A stretch of DNA of 10,413 nt from Chlamydiota bacterium (GCA_048498835.1 JBEHXF010000060.1:1-10413); one strand, 5' to 3'; positions 1 to 8,757 are shown, numbered from the stretch's first letter. The notes: a model not told the origin generated them from the sequence alone. A program made the numbers and translations.

Positions 1-1
1 C

Positions 2-496
2 GATCCTCAAGAGGCGATCCTCGACGTCCTCGGCGGGGTCGAATACCAAATTGATTTTTCAAAGCGCTTTTCGATCAGCCCTCTTTTCCACATCCAATAC
101 GCAGCCGATTGGGTGAGTAGCTACCAGGAAACGGGCGCAGGACTCTATAACTTAAAAGTGAGTTCTCACACCCTCCAATCGCTCCTCAGCTCACTCGGAC
201 TTCGTTTCGATTATCAGCAACAGGCCGGCGCTACCACCATCCGTTACGAACTTCTCGGCGAATGGCTCCATGAATTCATGAGCAAAAACCAATCCGTCTA
301 CTTCACTCCATTCAGCGTCACGAGTCTTCCCACTCCAGTGGCTATCGCTGATGCACCCCGCAATGGCCTTCTCGTCGCCTTCGATATGCTCACCACTTTT
401 TCCAACGGTTTGAACATTGAAGCAAATGCCACCTATCAATGGAACCCGACGTTCTATGACACCTTTTTCTACCTAGGATTAGGTAAAGAATATTAA
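2..496 (+). CDS. Autotransporter outer-membrane beta-barrel domain protein, C-terminal part (5' end outside window)
   Basis: The frame is open from position 2 (DPQEAILDVLGGVEYQIDFSKRFSISPLFHIQYAADWVSSYQETGAGLYNLKV...), so the GTG at 113 in the track is internal. The motifs YQETGAGLYNL, SLLSSLGLR and EWLHEF and a final amphipathic strand ending in an aromatic residue (FYLGLGKEY) are typical of the autotransporter beta-domain. Stop is TAA at 494-496. Confidence 0.8.
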   Translation, partial: DPQEAILDVLGGVEYQIDFSKRFSISPLFHIQYAADWVSSYQETGAGLYNLKVSSHTLQSLLSSLGLRFDYQQQAGATTIRYELLGEWLHEFMSKNQSVYFTPFSVTSLPTPVAIADAPRNGLLVAFDMLTTFSNGLNIEANATYQWNPTFYDTFFYLGLGKEY

Positions 497-672
497 GGGG
501 GTATTCTGTAATGAATTTTCAAAAGAAAGTATGTAGAGAAAAAATTCTGAATTTTGATTTCTTTCCCATTTCTTTTCTGTGGAACTCTGTGATTGTCTTT
601 TCTTCAGCACTTCAAAAAAGATTTATTAAACCTCCTGTAAGAGATTTTCTTTTTTGACTTGCTCCGTTTTCA

Positions 673-701
673 TTGATGAAATGTAAAAAATAAATTATCC
701 T
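673..701 (+). promoter_or_regulatory. Candidate sigma70-type promoter for the P4H-pyruvyltransferase pair
   Basis: TTGATG (673-678), 17 nt spacer, TATCCT (696-701), lying just upstream of the RBS. The region is AT-rich, so a chance match is possible. Confidence 0.3.
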
Positions 702-713
702 TTTCTCCCCAAA

Positions 714-719
714 AGGAGG
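714..719 (+). promoter_or_regulatory. Shine-Dalgarno site
   Basis: AGGAGG 5 nt upstream of the ATG at 725. Confidence 0.75.
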
Positions 720-724
720 CGGCG

Positions 725-1387
725 ATGAGGCGTAGTCTAGTTTTGTTTCTAGTCTGCTGTTGTGTTAGGCTCACAGCTTGGCAAGTAGAAATCTTGTCGG
801 AGTCTCCGAAAATTGTTCTGATTCACGATTTTTTGTCGGATGACGAGTGCGCTTATCTCATCGAACTGGCCCGACCCATCTTAAAACGATCTACGGTTGT
901 CAATGAATCGGCTAGTGGAGCCAGTAAAGTGGATAAGCGGAGGACAAGTGAAGGGGCTTTTCTGAGCAACTACTACAATGAAAGTAAATTGCAAAAAATC
1001 GAAAAGAAGCTCAGCGCTTTAACCGATTATCCAAGAGAAAACGGAGAATCAATCCAAGTGTTGCACTATGGCATCGGCGCGGAATATCGCCCTCACTACG
1101 ATTATTTCAACCCTCAAACGCCCGGAGGAGCATCCCACCTAAAACGAGGGGGACAGAGGTTGGCAACAGTGATTATGTATCTCAATACCCCGATTGAAGG
1201 AGGGGAGACCGTCTTTCCGCAAGCTTCTATTTCGGTCACTCCGAAGAAAAGAAACGCCCTTCTTTTCTATAATTGTCTTCCTTCTGGTGAAACAGATCGG
1301 CTATCTCTCCATGGCGGGGCGCCTGTGGCTGCAGGAGAAAAGTGGATTGCGACAAAATGGTTCCGAGCCAAAAAATTTAGGATGTAA
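725..1387 (+). CDS. Prolyl 4-hydroxylase-like 2OG-Fe(II) oxygenase (P4Hc) with predicted N-terminal signal peptide
   Basis: P4H-type motifs: SPKIVLIHDFLSDDEC, RTSEG, EsIQVLHY, the Fe ligand motif HYD, ATVIMYLN..EGGETVF, distal His in SLHGG and 2OG-binding Lys in GEKW. The N-terminus MRRSLVLFLVCCCVRLTA is basic then hydrophobic. Strong RBS. Confidence 0.92.
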   Translation: MRRSLVLFLVCCCVRLTAWQVEILSESPKIVLIHDFLSDDECAYLIELARPILKRSTVVNESASGASKVDKRRTSEGAFLSNYYNESKLQKIEKKLSALTDYPRENGESIQVLHYGIGAEYRPHYDYFNPQTPGGASHLKRGGQRLATVIMYLNTPIEGGETVFPQASISVTPKKRNALLFYNCLPSGETDRLSLHGGAPVAAGEKWIATKWFRAKKFRM

Positions 1388-1390
1388 AAG

Positions 1391-2206
1391 ATGAATGTTT
1401 TTCTCTCTTTCATACTCTTTTGCTTTTGCGGATTGTCTCTCTACTCGCAGCTGCCCCTATTTTATTGGGATGCAAGGCCAAGCCTCGGATTTGAAAACTT
1501 CGGTGACGCGCTTTCCGAAGCGCTTGTTGAAAGGATGGTTGGAGCAAAAGTTTCGATTGCGAATCAACCCTTTTCAGGCGAGCAAAAGCTATTGGGAATG
1601 GGTTCGATTCTGAACTATGCCCAAACAGGCGATCTCATTTGGGGAACAGGCGTGAATGGGAAAGCTAAGTCGTATCGATTTGAGTCTCTTGATGTTCGAG
1701 CTGTACGGGGTCCTTTAACCAGAGAATTTCTGTTGAGTAGAGGAATTGCTTGCCCCGAAGTTTATGGGGATCCCACTCTATTGTTACCGATTTATTTTCC
1801 CGAATTTATCAAACCTGAGTCGCCCTCTCAGGACTTTATCATCATTCCTCACTATTCCGATGAATCGTTATTTTCTCATTTATCAAACGTCGTCAGCGTG
1901 AAAGAACATTGGAGCGTAGTGATTGAGAAGATTCTCTCGAGCCGATTCGTTATTTCTAGCTCTCTTTCTGGAATTATCGTAGCTGAAGCTTTTGGAATTC
2001 CCGCCCGATTATTGCAGATAGAAAATAAGACCAATACAGAAGATCTGTTCAAGTATAGGGACTATTATCTGGGAACCAATCGAGCCAACTTTTCCTATGC
2101 GACTTCAATTGAAGAAGCTCTTGAGATGGGTGGCGAACCACTGCCAACTTGCGATTTAGACAAATTAATCGGCGCTTTTCCGTTCGAAATTTACAGATCG
2201 CGTTGA
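1391..2206 (+). CDS. Polysaccharide pyruvyltransferase family protein (ExoV/GumL-like)
   Basis: Motifs NFGD, GSIL, WGTG, AVRGPLT, YGDP, IIPHY, SSSLxG..AEAFGIP and FKYRDYY. Hydrophobic N-terminus. Starts 3 nt after the P4H stop. Confidence 0.88.
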   Translation: MNVFLSFILFCFCGLSLYSQLPLFYWDARPSLGFENFGDALSEALVERMVGAKVSIANQPFSGEQKLLGMGSILNYAQTGDLIWGTGVNGKAKSYRFESLDVRAVRGPLTREFLLSRGIACPEVYGDPTLLLPIYFPEFIKPESPSQDFIIIPHYSDESLFSHLSNVVSVKEHWSVVIEKILSSRFVISSSLSGIIVAEAFGIPARLLQIENKTNTEDLFKYRDYYLGTNRANFSYATSIEEALEMGGEPLPTCDLDKLIGAFPFEIYRSR

Positions 2207-2640
2207 GAAAAAATTTGCTCACAGTGACGGCAGCGGAGATGAAAGTGTCCGTTGCTCTGTTCCACGGTGAAGTGAGCCGGGAGTCGCTCGCCTCGGGTGA
2301 TGCAGGTGAGATTCGGGCAGAGAAGCAGGCCCTGAATCGAGGAGGGAATCGAAACGGGAAATTTTTGAGAAACTTTGTAATTTTCGATGATATTTACGGT
2401 CGCTTTTGGAGCAAAGACGGCGATCTGCGAAGCTAAAACAGCTGTCAGATGTAGATCTTCTACTTTGATGATATCTTTCAGCCCCATCGAATCACTTTTA
2501 AGATTGAGTCCGATTGTCACCTGCCGTTCTTCTTCGTTAAGCCGCAATAGACGGACGATTTTCAGGGCTTGGCCTGCTGTAATGTGATCGATCACCGTGC
2601 CCGTTTTAATGGCAGAAACCGAGAGAGTTTTTTGTTTCAT
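2191..2640 (-). CDS. pyrI: Aspartate carbamoyltransferase regulatory chain
   Basis: LSVSAIKTGTVIDHI, KDIIKVE, APKATVNII and the Zn-binding CPNxxC...CxxCE. ATGA overlap with the pyrB stop. Confidence 0.97.
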   Translation of the reverse strand: MKQKTLSVSAIKTGTVIDHITAGQALKIVRLLRLNEEERQVTIGLNLKSDSMGLKDIIKVEDLHLTAVLASQIAVFAPKATVNIIENYKVSQKFPVSIPSSIQGLLLCPNLTCITRGERLPAHFTVEQSNGHFHLRCRHCEQIFSQRDL

Positions 2641-3533
2641 TTTCCCTCTAAAAGGTGAGCGAGTACAGCCATCCGAACGGCCAGGCCATTTGCCGCTTGT
2701 TGAAAATAGTAGGCATGAGAGGTGTGATCAATTTCCGTTTCGATTTCATCGAGGCGAGGCAAGGGATGAAGAATGCGCAAATTCGATTTGGCTTTTGTCA
2801 GATGCCGTTTTTCCAAACGACAAAAATGAGTTGGGGATTCGGTCGAAGAAAAGCGCTCTTTTTGAATCCGGGTCATGTAGAGAATATCAGTTTTGGGCAA
2901 AACTTCTTCCAAAGAGCTGTGGAAGGAGAATTTGACCCCTTTTTTTCTCAATTCATGAGCGATGGAGTCGGGGAGCTGAAGCGGTTCAGGGGAGACAAAG
3001 AAGAGGCGGACGGCGTAATGGGCAAGTGCTTGCGTAAGCGAATGGACGGTGCGCCCATATTTGAGATCTCCAGCTATAGTAATGGCCAGATCGTCGATTT
3101 TTCCTTGCGTTTGCCGAATGGTGTAGAGATCGAGGAGTGTTTGGGTAGGATGTTGATTGGCTCCATCGCCTGCATTGATCACCGGTTTATCGGTCGCCTC
3201 TGCAGCAACCCGCGCCGCTCCTTCTTGCGGATGGCGGATCACGAGGAGATCGGCGTAGGCTCCAATCACTTTCATCGAATCATGCAGCGATTCACCTTTT
3301 TTTGCCGACGTGGTGGCGCTGTCAGAAAATCCAATGACCTGACCGCCGAGTCGCAGCATCGCCGATTCAAAGGAAAGGCGAGTTCGAGTCGATGGCTCAA
3401 AAAAACAGCTCGCTAGAATCTTCCCCTTGCAAAGATCCGATCCCTTTTTCGAAGGCATAGCCTCTGCGAGTTTCAAAAGATATTCAATCTCTTCTTTGGT
3501 GAGATCGGAAATGGAGATGAGATCTTGTTTCAT
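2637..3533 (-). CDS. pyrB: Aspartate carbamoyltransferase catalytic chain
   Basis: FFEPSTRTRLSFE, KKGESL, INAGDGANQHPTQTLLD, GDLKYGRTVHS, YMTRIQKER and HPLPR. The ATG at 3533-3531 is preferred over the TTG at 3536 because it forms a TGATG overlap with the GT9 stop. Confidence 0.98.
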   Translation of the reverse strand: MKQDLISISDLTKEEIEYLLKLAEAMPSKKGSDLCKGKILASCFFEPSTRTRLSFESAMLRLGGQVIGFSDSATTSAKKGESLHDSMKVIGAYADLLVIRHPQEGAARVAAEATDKPVINAGDGANQHPTQTLLDLYTIRQTQGKIDDLAITIAGDLKYGRTVHSLTQALAHYAVRLFFVSPEPLQLPDSIAHELRKKGVKFSFHSSLEEVLPKTDILYMTRIQKERFSSTESPTHFCRLEKRHLTKAKSNLRILHPLPRLDEIETEIDHTSHAYYFQQAANGLAVRMAVLAHLLEGK

Positions 3534-4549
3534 CAAATAATATTTAACATGTTTCGCGCTCTGTTGACAACTTCTTCCGGTCCAATTTGCAGAAGACAGA
3601 ACGGACGTTCACACTTTCGCTTGAGGCACGGCTGACAAGTGGGTGGTTTTGCAATCGCTAGAGCGCGGGGAGCGAGGTGTGGGCCGCAGAGCTTTGGATC
3701 TGTCGCAGAATAAAGAGCGATTACCGGGACGTTTAGAGCGCAAGCGAGATGGACGGGGCCTGTATCGTTGCTGATGAGAAGATCGATTTGATTTAACAGC
3801 GCTGCAAAGGATCGAAGAGGCAAACTTGCATCGGCAAGAGTGGCTCCTGGAATGAGCTTGGCAACAGCAGCCATTACCTCTTGCTCATCTTTTGTTCCGG
3901 TGATCAGAATCTTACAGCCTAAATTCTGCAACATTCGACCGACGCTGGCAAAATGCTCGACAGGCCACCTCTTAAAGCCATCTTTCGAGCCAGGATGGAG
4001 AGCGATCCAACGTCCTTCCGGAAGGGGAGGGATCTGTTCTGTTGAAAAAAAGGAAAGAGTTTCTGTGTGTCGTTTACCGCCGACCGCTTCCACCATTTCG
4101 AGTCTACGGACAATTTCGTGACTTTTGCTGTTATTCAAAGGGTGAGTTAGGAGTGCATCGAGCCCTTTATTGATGCCCACTGTTCCGACGAGGCGAGAAG
4201 CGCCAATGACCGAACAGAGGGGGAGGATCCATCGCTGAGAAGCATGTAAAACTAGAACGGTATCGATTTGCTCCGCTCGCAATCTTTTCCATAACATCCA
4301 AGGTTTTGCCAGCAGGAGGGTTTTGTTGACCCACGGATTCTTGCGAAGCGCTTGTTCTCCGATGGGGCTTGTGAGGAGAACAATGTGTGCCTCAGGGAAA
4401 GAAAGTCGGAGCGACTGCAGTGCAGGGGTAGCCCAGAGGGAATCTCCCAGCGCCGTTGTCGCTACGACAAGAAAGCGGTGTTGAAGCGGATGTTTGGGAA
4501 GAAGCCACCGTAGAAAAAGAGAGAAAAAGAGAAGAATTTTATTTTTCAT
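3533..4549 (-). CDS. Glycosyltransferase family 9 (ADP-heptose:LPS heptosyltransferase-like)
   Basis: TALGDSLWATPALQSLR, HPGSKDGFKRWP, ISNDTGPVHLACALNVPVIALY and a C-terminal CQPCLKRKC..FCL Cys cluster, all typical of GT9/WaaF-like enzymes. Confidence 0.92.
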   Translation of the reverse strand: MKNKILLFFSLFLRWLLPKHPLQHRFLVVATTALGDSLWATPALQSLRLSFPEAHIVLLTSPIGEQALRKNPWVNKTLLLAKPWMLWKRLRAEQIDTVLVLHASQRWILPLCSVIGASRLVGTVGINKGLDALLTHPLNNSKSHEIVRRLEMVEAVGGKRHTETLSFFSTEQIPPLPEGRWIALHPGSKDGFKRWPVEHFASVGRMLQNLGCKILITGTKDEQEVMAAVAKLIPGATLADASLPLRSFAALLNQIDLLISNDTGPVHLACALNVPVIALYSATDPKLCGPHLAPRALAIAKPPTCQPCLKRKCERPFCLLQIGPEEVVNRARNMLNII

Positions 4550-7500
4550 AGAGCGGCAAAATCGGGAGTTGGTCGGTATTGAGTTCAGCTAAGCATTGTA
4601 AAAAGACGACAGCAAGCTGGGCATTGGTGATCAAGGGAATGTGATGATCGATCGCGAGGCGCCGAATTTTAAATCCCTCGCTATTGGGTTGTGTTCCGCT
4701 GCTTGGAATATTGAGAATCAGATCGATTTTTTGCTGCGCAATCAAAGTGGCGATATTCGGCTCATATTTTTCGCCAACTTTATAGACTGAAACCGAGCCG
4801 ATGCCCCGCTTGGCTAAATAATCGTGGGTCCCTTCGGTCGCGGAGAGATCCCACCCTTGCTCTTCAAGCGCTTTGAGCGCGGGGAGGAGTTTCATCCGGA
4901 AATCGGCGCTCACGCTGACGAGGAGGCGCTTGCCCCGTACTGCTTGTTCGGTGGAGAGCCAGGAAGCGAAAAACGATTCGAGGTAATGTTCACTGACATT
5001 GGCCACTTCGCCCGTTGAGGCCATTTCAACGCCGGTGACCGGATCTGATCCTTTCAATCGTCTGTAGGAAAAGAGAGGCGCTTTAACCCCGACATAATCG
5101 AGTTCCAATGTTTCATAGCTCTTCGGCTGATACACACCTAAAATGACTTCTGTCGCAAGCTCAATGAAATTGACCTTGGTCACCTTGGAGACAAACGGCA
5201 AGGAACGAGAGGCTCGCACATTGCATTCGATCACTTGAATCGCGTTATCTTTGGCGATGAACTGGATATTGAAGGGGCCGGAGATTTGTAGAGCTGCAGC
5301 GATCTCTCGTGCTGTTTTTTTGGCTCGTCGAATGGTTTCGAGATAGAGTCTTTGTGGCGGAAGGACGATGGTCGCATCGCCTGAATGGACGCCTGCGTTT
5401 TCTACGTGTTCAGCAATCGCCATCACAACCACTTCGCCCTGGCTTGCGACTCCATCGATCTCGAGCTCTTTGGCGTTTTCAATAAATTTAGAAAGGACGA
5501 TTGGATGATCGGGAGAGACAATAGCCGCTTCTTTTAAGTAGCGGTCGAGCTCTTCTTCACTGGTCACGACATTCATCGCAGCGCCAGAAAGAACGTAGCT
5601 CGGGCGGATCAAGAGGGGATAACCCACCTCTAGACCGAACTCTTTTGCCTTTTTTAGACTGGTGACCCGTTGCCAGGGAGGCTGATCGATATTAAGCTGG
5701 TGTAAAAGCGTCGAAAATAAATCGCGGTTTTCAGCGCGATCGATCATCACAGCGGGCGTTCCTAAAATCGGATAGCCCTTTTCATGCAGGGGAAGCGCTA
5801 GGTTATTCGCAATCTGCCCGCCGACCGAAACCACTAAACCACGCGGCCGCTCAAAATCGGCGATGTCACAGACCCGTTCAAAGGTGAGTTCTTCAAAATA
5901 GAGCCGGTCTGATTCATCGAAATCGGTGGAGACTGTTTCAGGATTGGAATTGATTAAAATGGTGGGTACGGCATGCTTGCTCAACGTGCGCGCTGTATTG
6001 ACAGCGGACCAGTCGAATTCGACCGATGAGCCAATTCGGTAAGGGCCAGAGCCTAAAACGATCACCCCTTTTTTCTTCGACGGTTCCACATCGTGCGCCT
6101 GAGCCCAATAGGTCGTGTAGAGATAGTTCGTTTCGGCATCGAATTCGCCGGCGAGCGTATCGATTTGCTTGATGAAGGGGGTGATTTTTAACTTTTTGCG
6201 CTCACTTCGAACTTCTTCTTCGCTTAAGTTCTGCAGCCGTCCAATCGCCGCATCGGAAAAACCGCGCCGCTTGGCTGCGAGAAGCCACTCTTTTTTTAAC
6301 GGCGCCCGCTTAAAGTCTTGCTCAAAGGTCCATAGATCGTAGAGTTGCTGTAAAAACCAGCGATCGATTTGTGACCAATCGTGAGCTTGTTCTACATCAC
6401 CGCCCGATTTGAAATATTGATAGAGGGCAAATAAACGCCGATCGGTCGGCTTTTGGATATCGAGATACGGCGCATCGATTTTCTCCGGCGGGTCATTGAT
6501 CCCATCTGAGCCGAGATTGAGCATCCGAATCCCTTTTTGAAGCGCCTCAGGAAACGTGCGACCGATCGCCATCACTTCGCCGACGCTCTTCATTTCGGTG
6601 CCGATGACCCGCTCAGCTGATTTTAGCTTTTGGATGTCCCAGCGGGGGATTTTCACGACGATGTAATCGAGGGCTGGCTCAAAAAAAGCGCTGGTTTTTT
6701 TTGTGATCGCATTTGCCACTTCATCCAGGCTGTAGCCCAGGGCGAGCTTAGCTGCGACAAACGCCAGCGGATAACCCGTTGCCTTTGATGCAAGCGCGCT
6801 CGAGCGAGACAGTCTCGCATTCATCTCGATCACCCGATAATCGCTCGTCTTTGGATCGAGAGCAAATTGGACATTGCATTCGCCGACGATGCCGAAATGG
6901 CGGGCCGCTTTGATGGCCACTGTCCGCAATAAATGGTATTCGTGATTGGAAAGTGTCTGAGAGGGAGCTACGACGATGCTCTCACCTGTGTGAATGCCCA
7001 TCGGGTCGAAGTTTTCCATATTGCAAATCGTAAGTGCCTGATCTTTGCAGTCGCGGACGATTTCATATTCGAGCTCTTTCCATCCCTTCAAATACTCTTC
7101 AATGAGGATCTGTGGCGCCCCTGTCAGAGCTTCTCTTGCTCGCTCTTTCAGTTCGGCTTCCGACTCCATTTTTCCTGAGCCAAGACCGCCCAATGAAAAC
7201 CCCGAGCGCATCATCACTGGATAGCCGATTTCTCGAGCTGCGTTTAATGCTTCTTCTACAGTTGTGGCAGCGAAACTTTTAGGTGTCCGAATGCCGATTT
7301 CTTCTAAATTCTTTTTAAAAAGATCTCGGTCCTCAGTTAAACGGATCGCTTCGACAGGCGTACCCAATACTTGCATCTGATATTTTTTTAAGATGCCCCG
7401 TTTTTCTAGCTCTAACCCTAAGTTTAGAGCTGTTTGCCCACCAAAACTGAGTAATAAAGAACCTGGTCTTTCCGCTTCGATGATCCGCTCGACTGTCTCG

Positions 7501-7697
7501 ACATTCAGCGGCTGCAAATAGACTCGATCGGCCATGTCCCGATCGGTCTGGACGGTGGCGATATTTGGATTGACGAGGATCGTTCTAAGTCCCTCCTCTT
7601 TCAGCGCTTTAATCGCTTGCGAGCCAGAATAATCGAATTCACCCGCTTGCCCAATTCTCAAGCCGCCGGAACCCAAAATTAAGACGCTCTTTTTCAT
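4539..7697 (-). CDS. carB: Carbamoyl-phosphate synthase large chain
   Basis: 1052 aa with IGQAGEFDYSG, NMENFDPMGIHTGES, EMNARLSRSSALASKATGYP, MKSVGEVM, NSNPETVSTD, RPSYVLSG, AGVHSGDA, EMASTGEV and a C-terminal MGS-like domain. Confidence 0.99.
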   Translation of the reverse strand: MKKSVLILGSGGLRIGQAGEFDYSGSQAIKALKEEGLRTILVNPNIATVQTDRDMADRVYLQPLNVETVERIIEAERPGSLLLSFGGQTALNLGLELEKRGILKKYQMQVLGTPVEAIRLTEDRDLFKKNLEEIGIRTPKSFAATTVEEALNAAREIGYPVMMRSGFSLGGLGSGKMESEAELKERAREALTGAPQILIEEYLKGWKELEYEIVRDCKDQALTICNMENFDPMGIHTGESIVVAPSQTLSNHEYHLLRTVAIKAARHFGIVGECNVQFALDPKTSDYRVIEMNARLSRSSALASKATGYPLAFVAAKLALGYSLDEVANAITKKTSAFFEPALDYIVVKIPRWDIQKLKSAERVIGTEMKSVGEVMAIGRTFPEALQKGIRMLNLGSDGINDPPEKIDAPYLDIQKPTDRRLFALYQYFKSGGDVEQAHDWSQIDRWFLQQLYDLWTFEQDFKRAPLKKEWLLAAKRRGFSDAAIGRLQNLSEEEVRSERKKLKITPFIKQIDTLAGEFDAETNYLYTTYWAQAHDVEPSKKKGVIVLGSGPYRIGSSVEFDWSAVNTARTLSKHAVPTILINSNPETVSTDFDESDRLYFEELTFERVCDIADFERPRGLVVSVGGQIANNLALPLHEKGYPILGTPAVMIDRAENRDLFSTLLHQLNIDQPPWQRVTSLKKAKEFGLEVGYPLLIRPSYVLSGAAMNVVTSEEELDRYLKEAAIVSPDHPIVLSKFIENAKELEIDGVASQGEVVVMAIAEHVENAGVHSGDATIVLPPQRLYLETIRRAKKTAREIAAALQISGPFNIQFIAKDNAIQVIECNVRASRSLPFVSKVTKVNFIELATEVILGVYQPKSYETLELDYVGVKAPLFSYRRLKGSDPVTGVEMASTGEVANVSEHYLESFFASWLSTEQAVRGKRLLVSVSADFRMKLLPALKALEEQGWDLSATEGTHDYLAKRGIGSVSVYKVGEKYEPNIATLIAQQKIDLILNIPSSGTQPNSEGFKIRRLAIDHHIPLITNAQLAVVFLQCLAELNTDQLPILPLYEK

Positions 7698-8743
7698 AAC
7701 ATCTCGTAGAAGTGATCGAACAGATAATCTGCATCGGTTGGGCCGGGATTTGCTTCCGGGTGAAACTGCACAGCAAAGAAAGGGGCTCTTTTATGCTTAA
7801 TTCCTTCCACCGACTGATCGTTTAAACTTCGAAAGAGTACTTTCCAATCGCGAGGCAAGCTCTTCTCATCGATCGCATAGCCGTGGTTTTGAGAAGTGAG
7901 GACACATTTTCTCGCATCGAGATCCATGCACGGATGATTTTGTCCCCGATGACCGAACTTTAGCTTATACGTTTTCGCTCCGATCGCCAGAGCCATGATC
8001 TGCGCGCCTAAACAAATGCCAAACGTCGGCTTTTTCAATTTCAATGCTTTTTGCAGCACCGCAATGGTCTTCTTGCACACCATCGGATCGCCCGGGCCAT
8101 TCGACAAAAACAATCCGTCGAATTCTTCACCCGTATAATCATAATCATACGGCACCCTAACCACTTCGATCGGATATCTACCCAGACAGCGCAAGATGTT
8201 TTGCTTCATCCCGCAGTCGACCGCCACAACCCGCTTTTTCCCATGCCCAAAAACTTCTCGCGCCGGATTGCTCACCATCGACACTAAATCGCTCTGATTT
8301 GGATCGACGAACTTTCTCGGTTTCGCATCGCCCATCACAATCGCACCCAGCGCAACGCCACTTTTTCTGAGCCGCTTGGTCAATTCCCGTGTGTCCACTC
8401 CCGTAATCAACGGAGTTCTCTGCTCCTCCAACCACCGTACAAAAGAACACTCTGAGTCCCAGTGGCTCGCCACTTCGCTCACGTGACCCGTCACCACGCC
8501 CGCCGCCTGCACCTTCTCCGACTCCCAAGTCGTGCGACTTGGCACGCCATAATTGCCCACCAGCGGATAGGTAAAGGTCAAGATTTGGCCAGCATAAGAA
8601 GGATCGGTCAGCGACTCGACATAGCCGGTCATCCCCGTTGTGAACACCGCTTCGCCAAAATAGACACCCTCTTGCCACTCTGGTGAAAACCCAGAGAAGA
8701 CTTCTCCACTAGACAAAATCAATTTCGAAGGAACAAGCATCAT
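7694..8743 (-). CDS. carA: Carbamoyl-phosphate synthase small chain (glutaminase)
   Basis: GEAVFTTGMTGY..LTDPSY, SNGPGDP, GICLG (catalytic Cys), SQNHGY and QFHPE (His-Glu). ATGA overlap with the carB start. Confidence 0.98.
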   Translation of the reverse strand: MMLVPSKLILSSGEVFSGFSPEWQEGVYFGEAVFTTGMTGYVESLTDPSYAGQILTFTYPLVGNYGVPSRTTWESEKVQAAGVVTGHVSEVASHWDSECSFVRWLEEQRTPLITGVDTRELTKRLRKSGVALGAIVMGDAKPRKFVDPNQSDLVSMVSNPAREVFGHGKKRVVAVDCGMKQNILRCLGRYPIEVVRVPYDYDYTGEEFDGLFLSNGPGDPMVCKKTIAVLQKALKLKKPTFGICLGAQIMALAIGAKTYKLKFGHRGQNHPCMDLDARKCVLTSQNHGYAIDEKSLPRDWKVLFRSLNDQSVEGIKHKRAPFFAVQFHPEANPGPTDADYLFDHFYEML

Positions 8744-8757
8744 GGCAAATTCACGGC

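Noticed and set aside
191..1613. Short track ORFs 191..439 (-), 1194..1394 (+) and 1395..1613 (+)
   Set aside because: They are nested in or overlap the autotransporter, P4H and pyruvyltransferase genes, with no independent evidence.
2191..2206. 16 bp convergent overlap of the pyruvyltransferase and pyrI 3' ends
   Set aside because: Real but commonplace in compact genomes, and no additional structure was seen.
2149..8686. Antisense or alternate-frame track ORFs (2149, 2387, 2597, 2655..3416, 3840, 3919, 4824, 6933, 8051, 8178, 8462)
   Set aside because: All overlap well-supported genes and lack motifs or RBS support.
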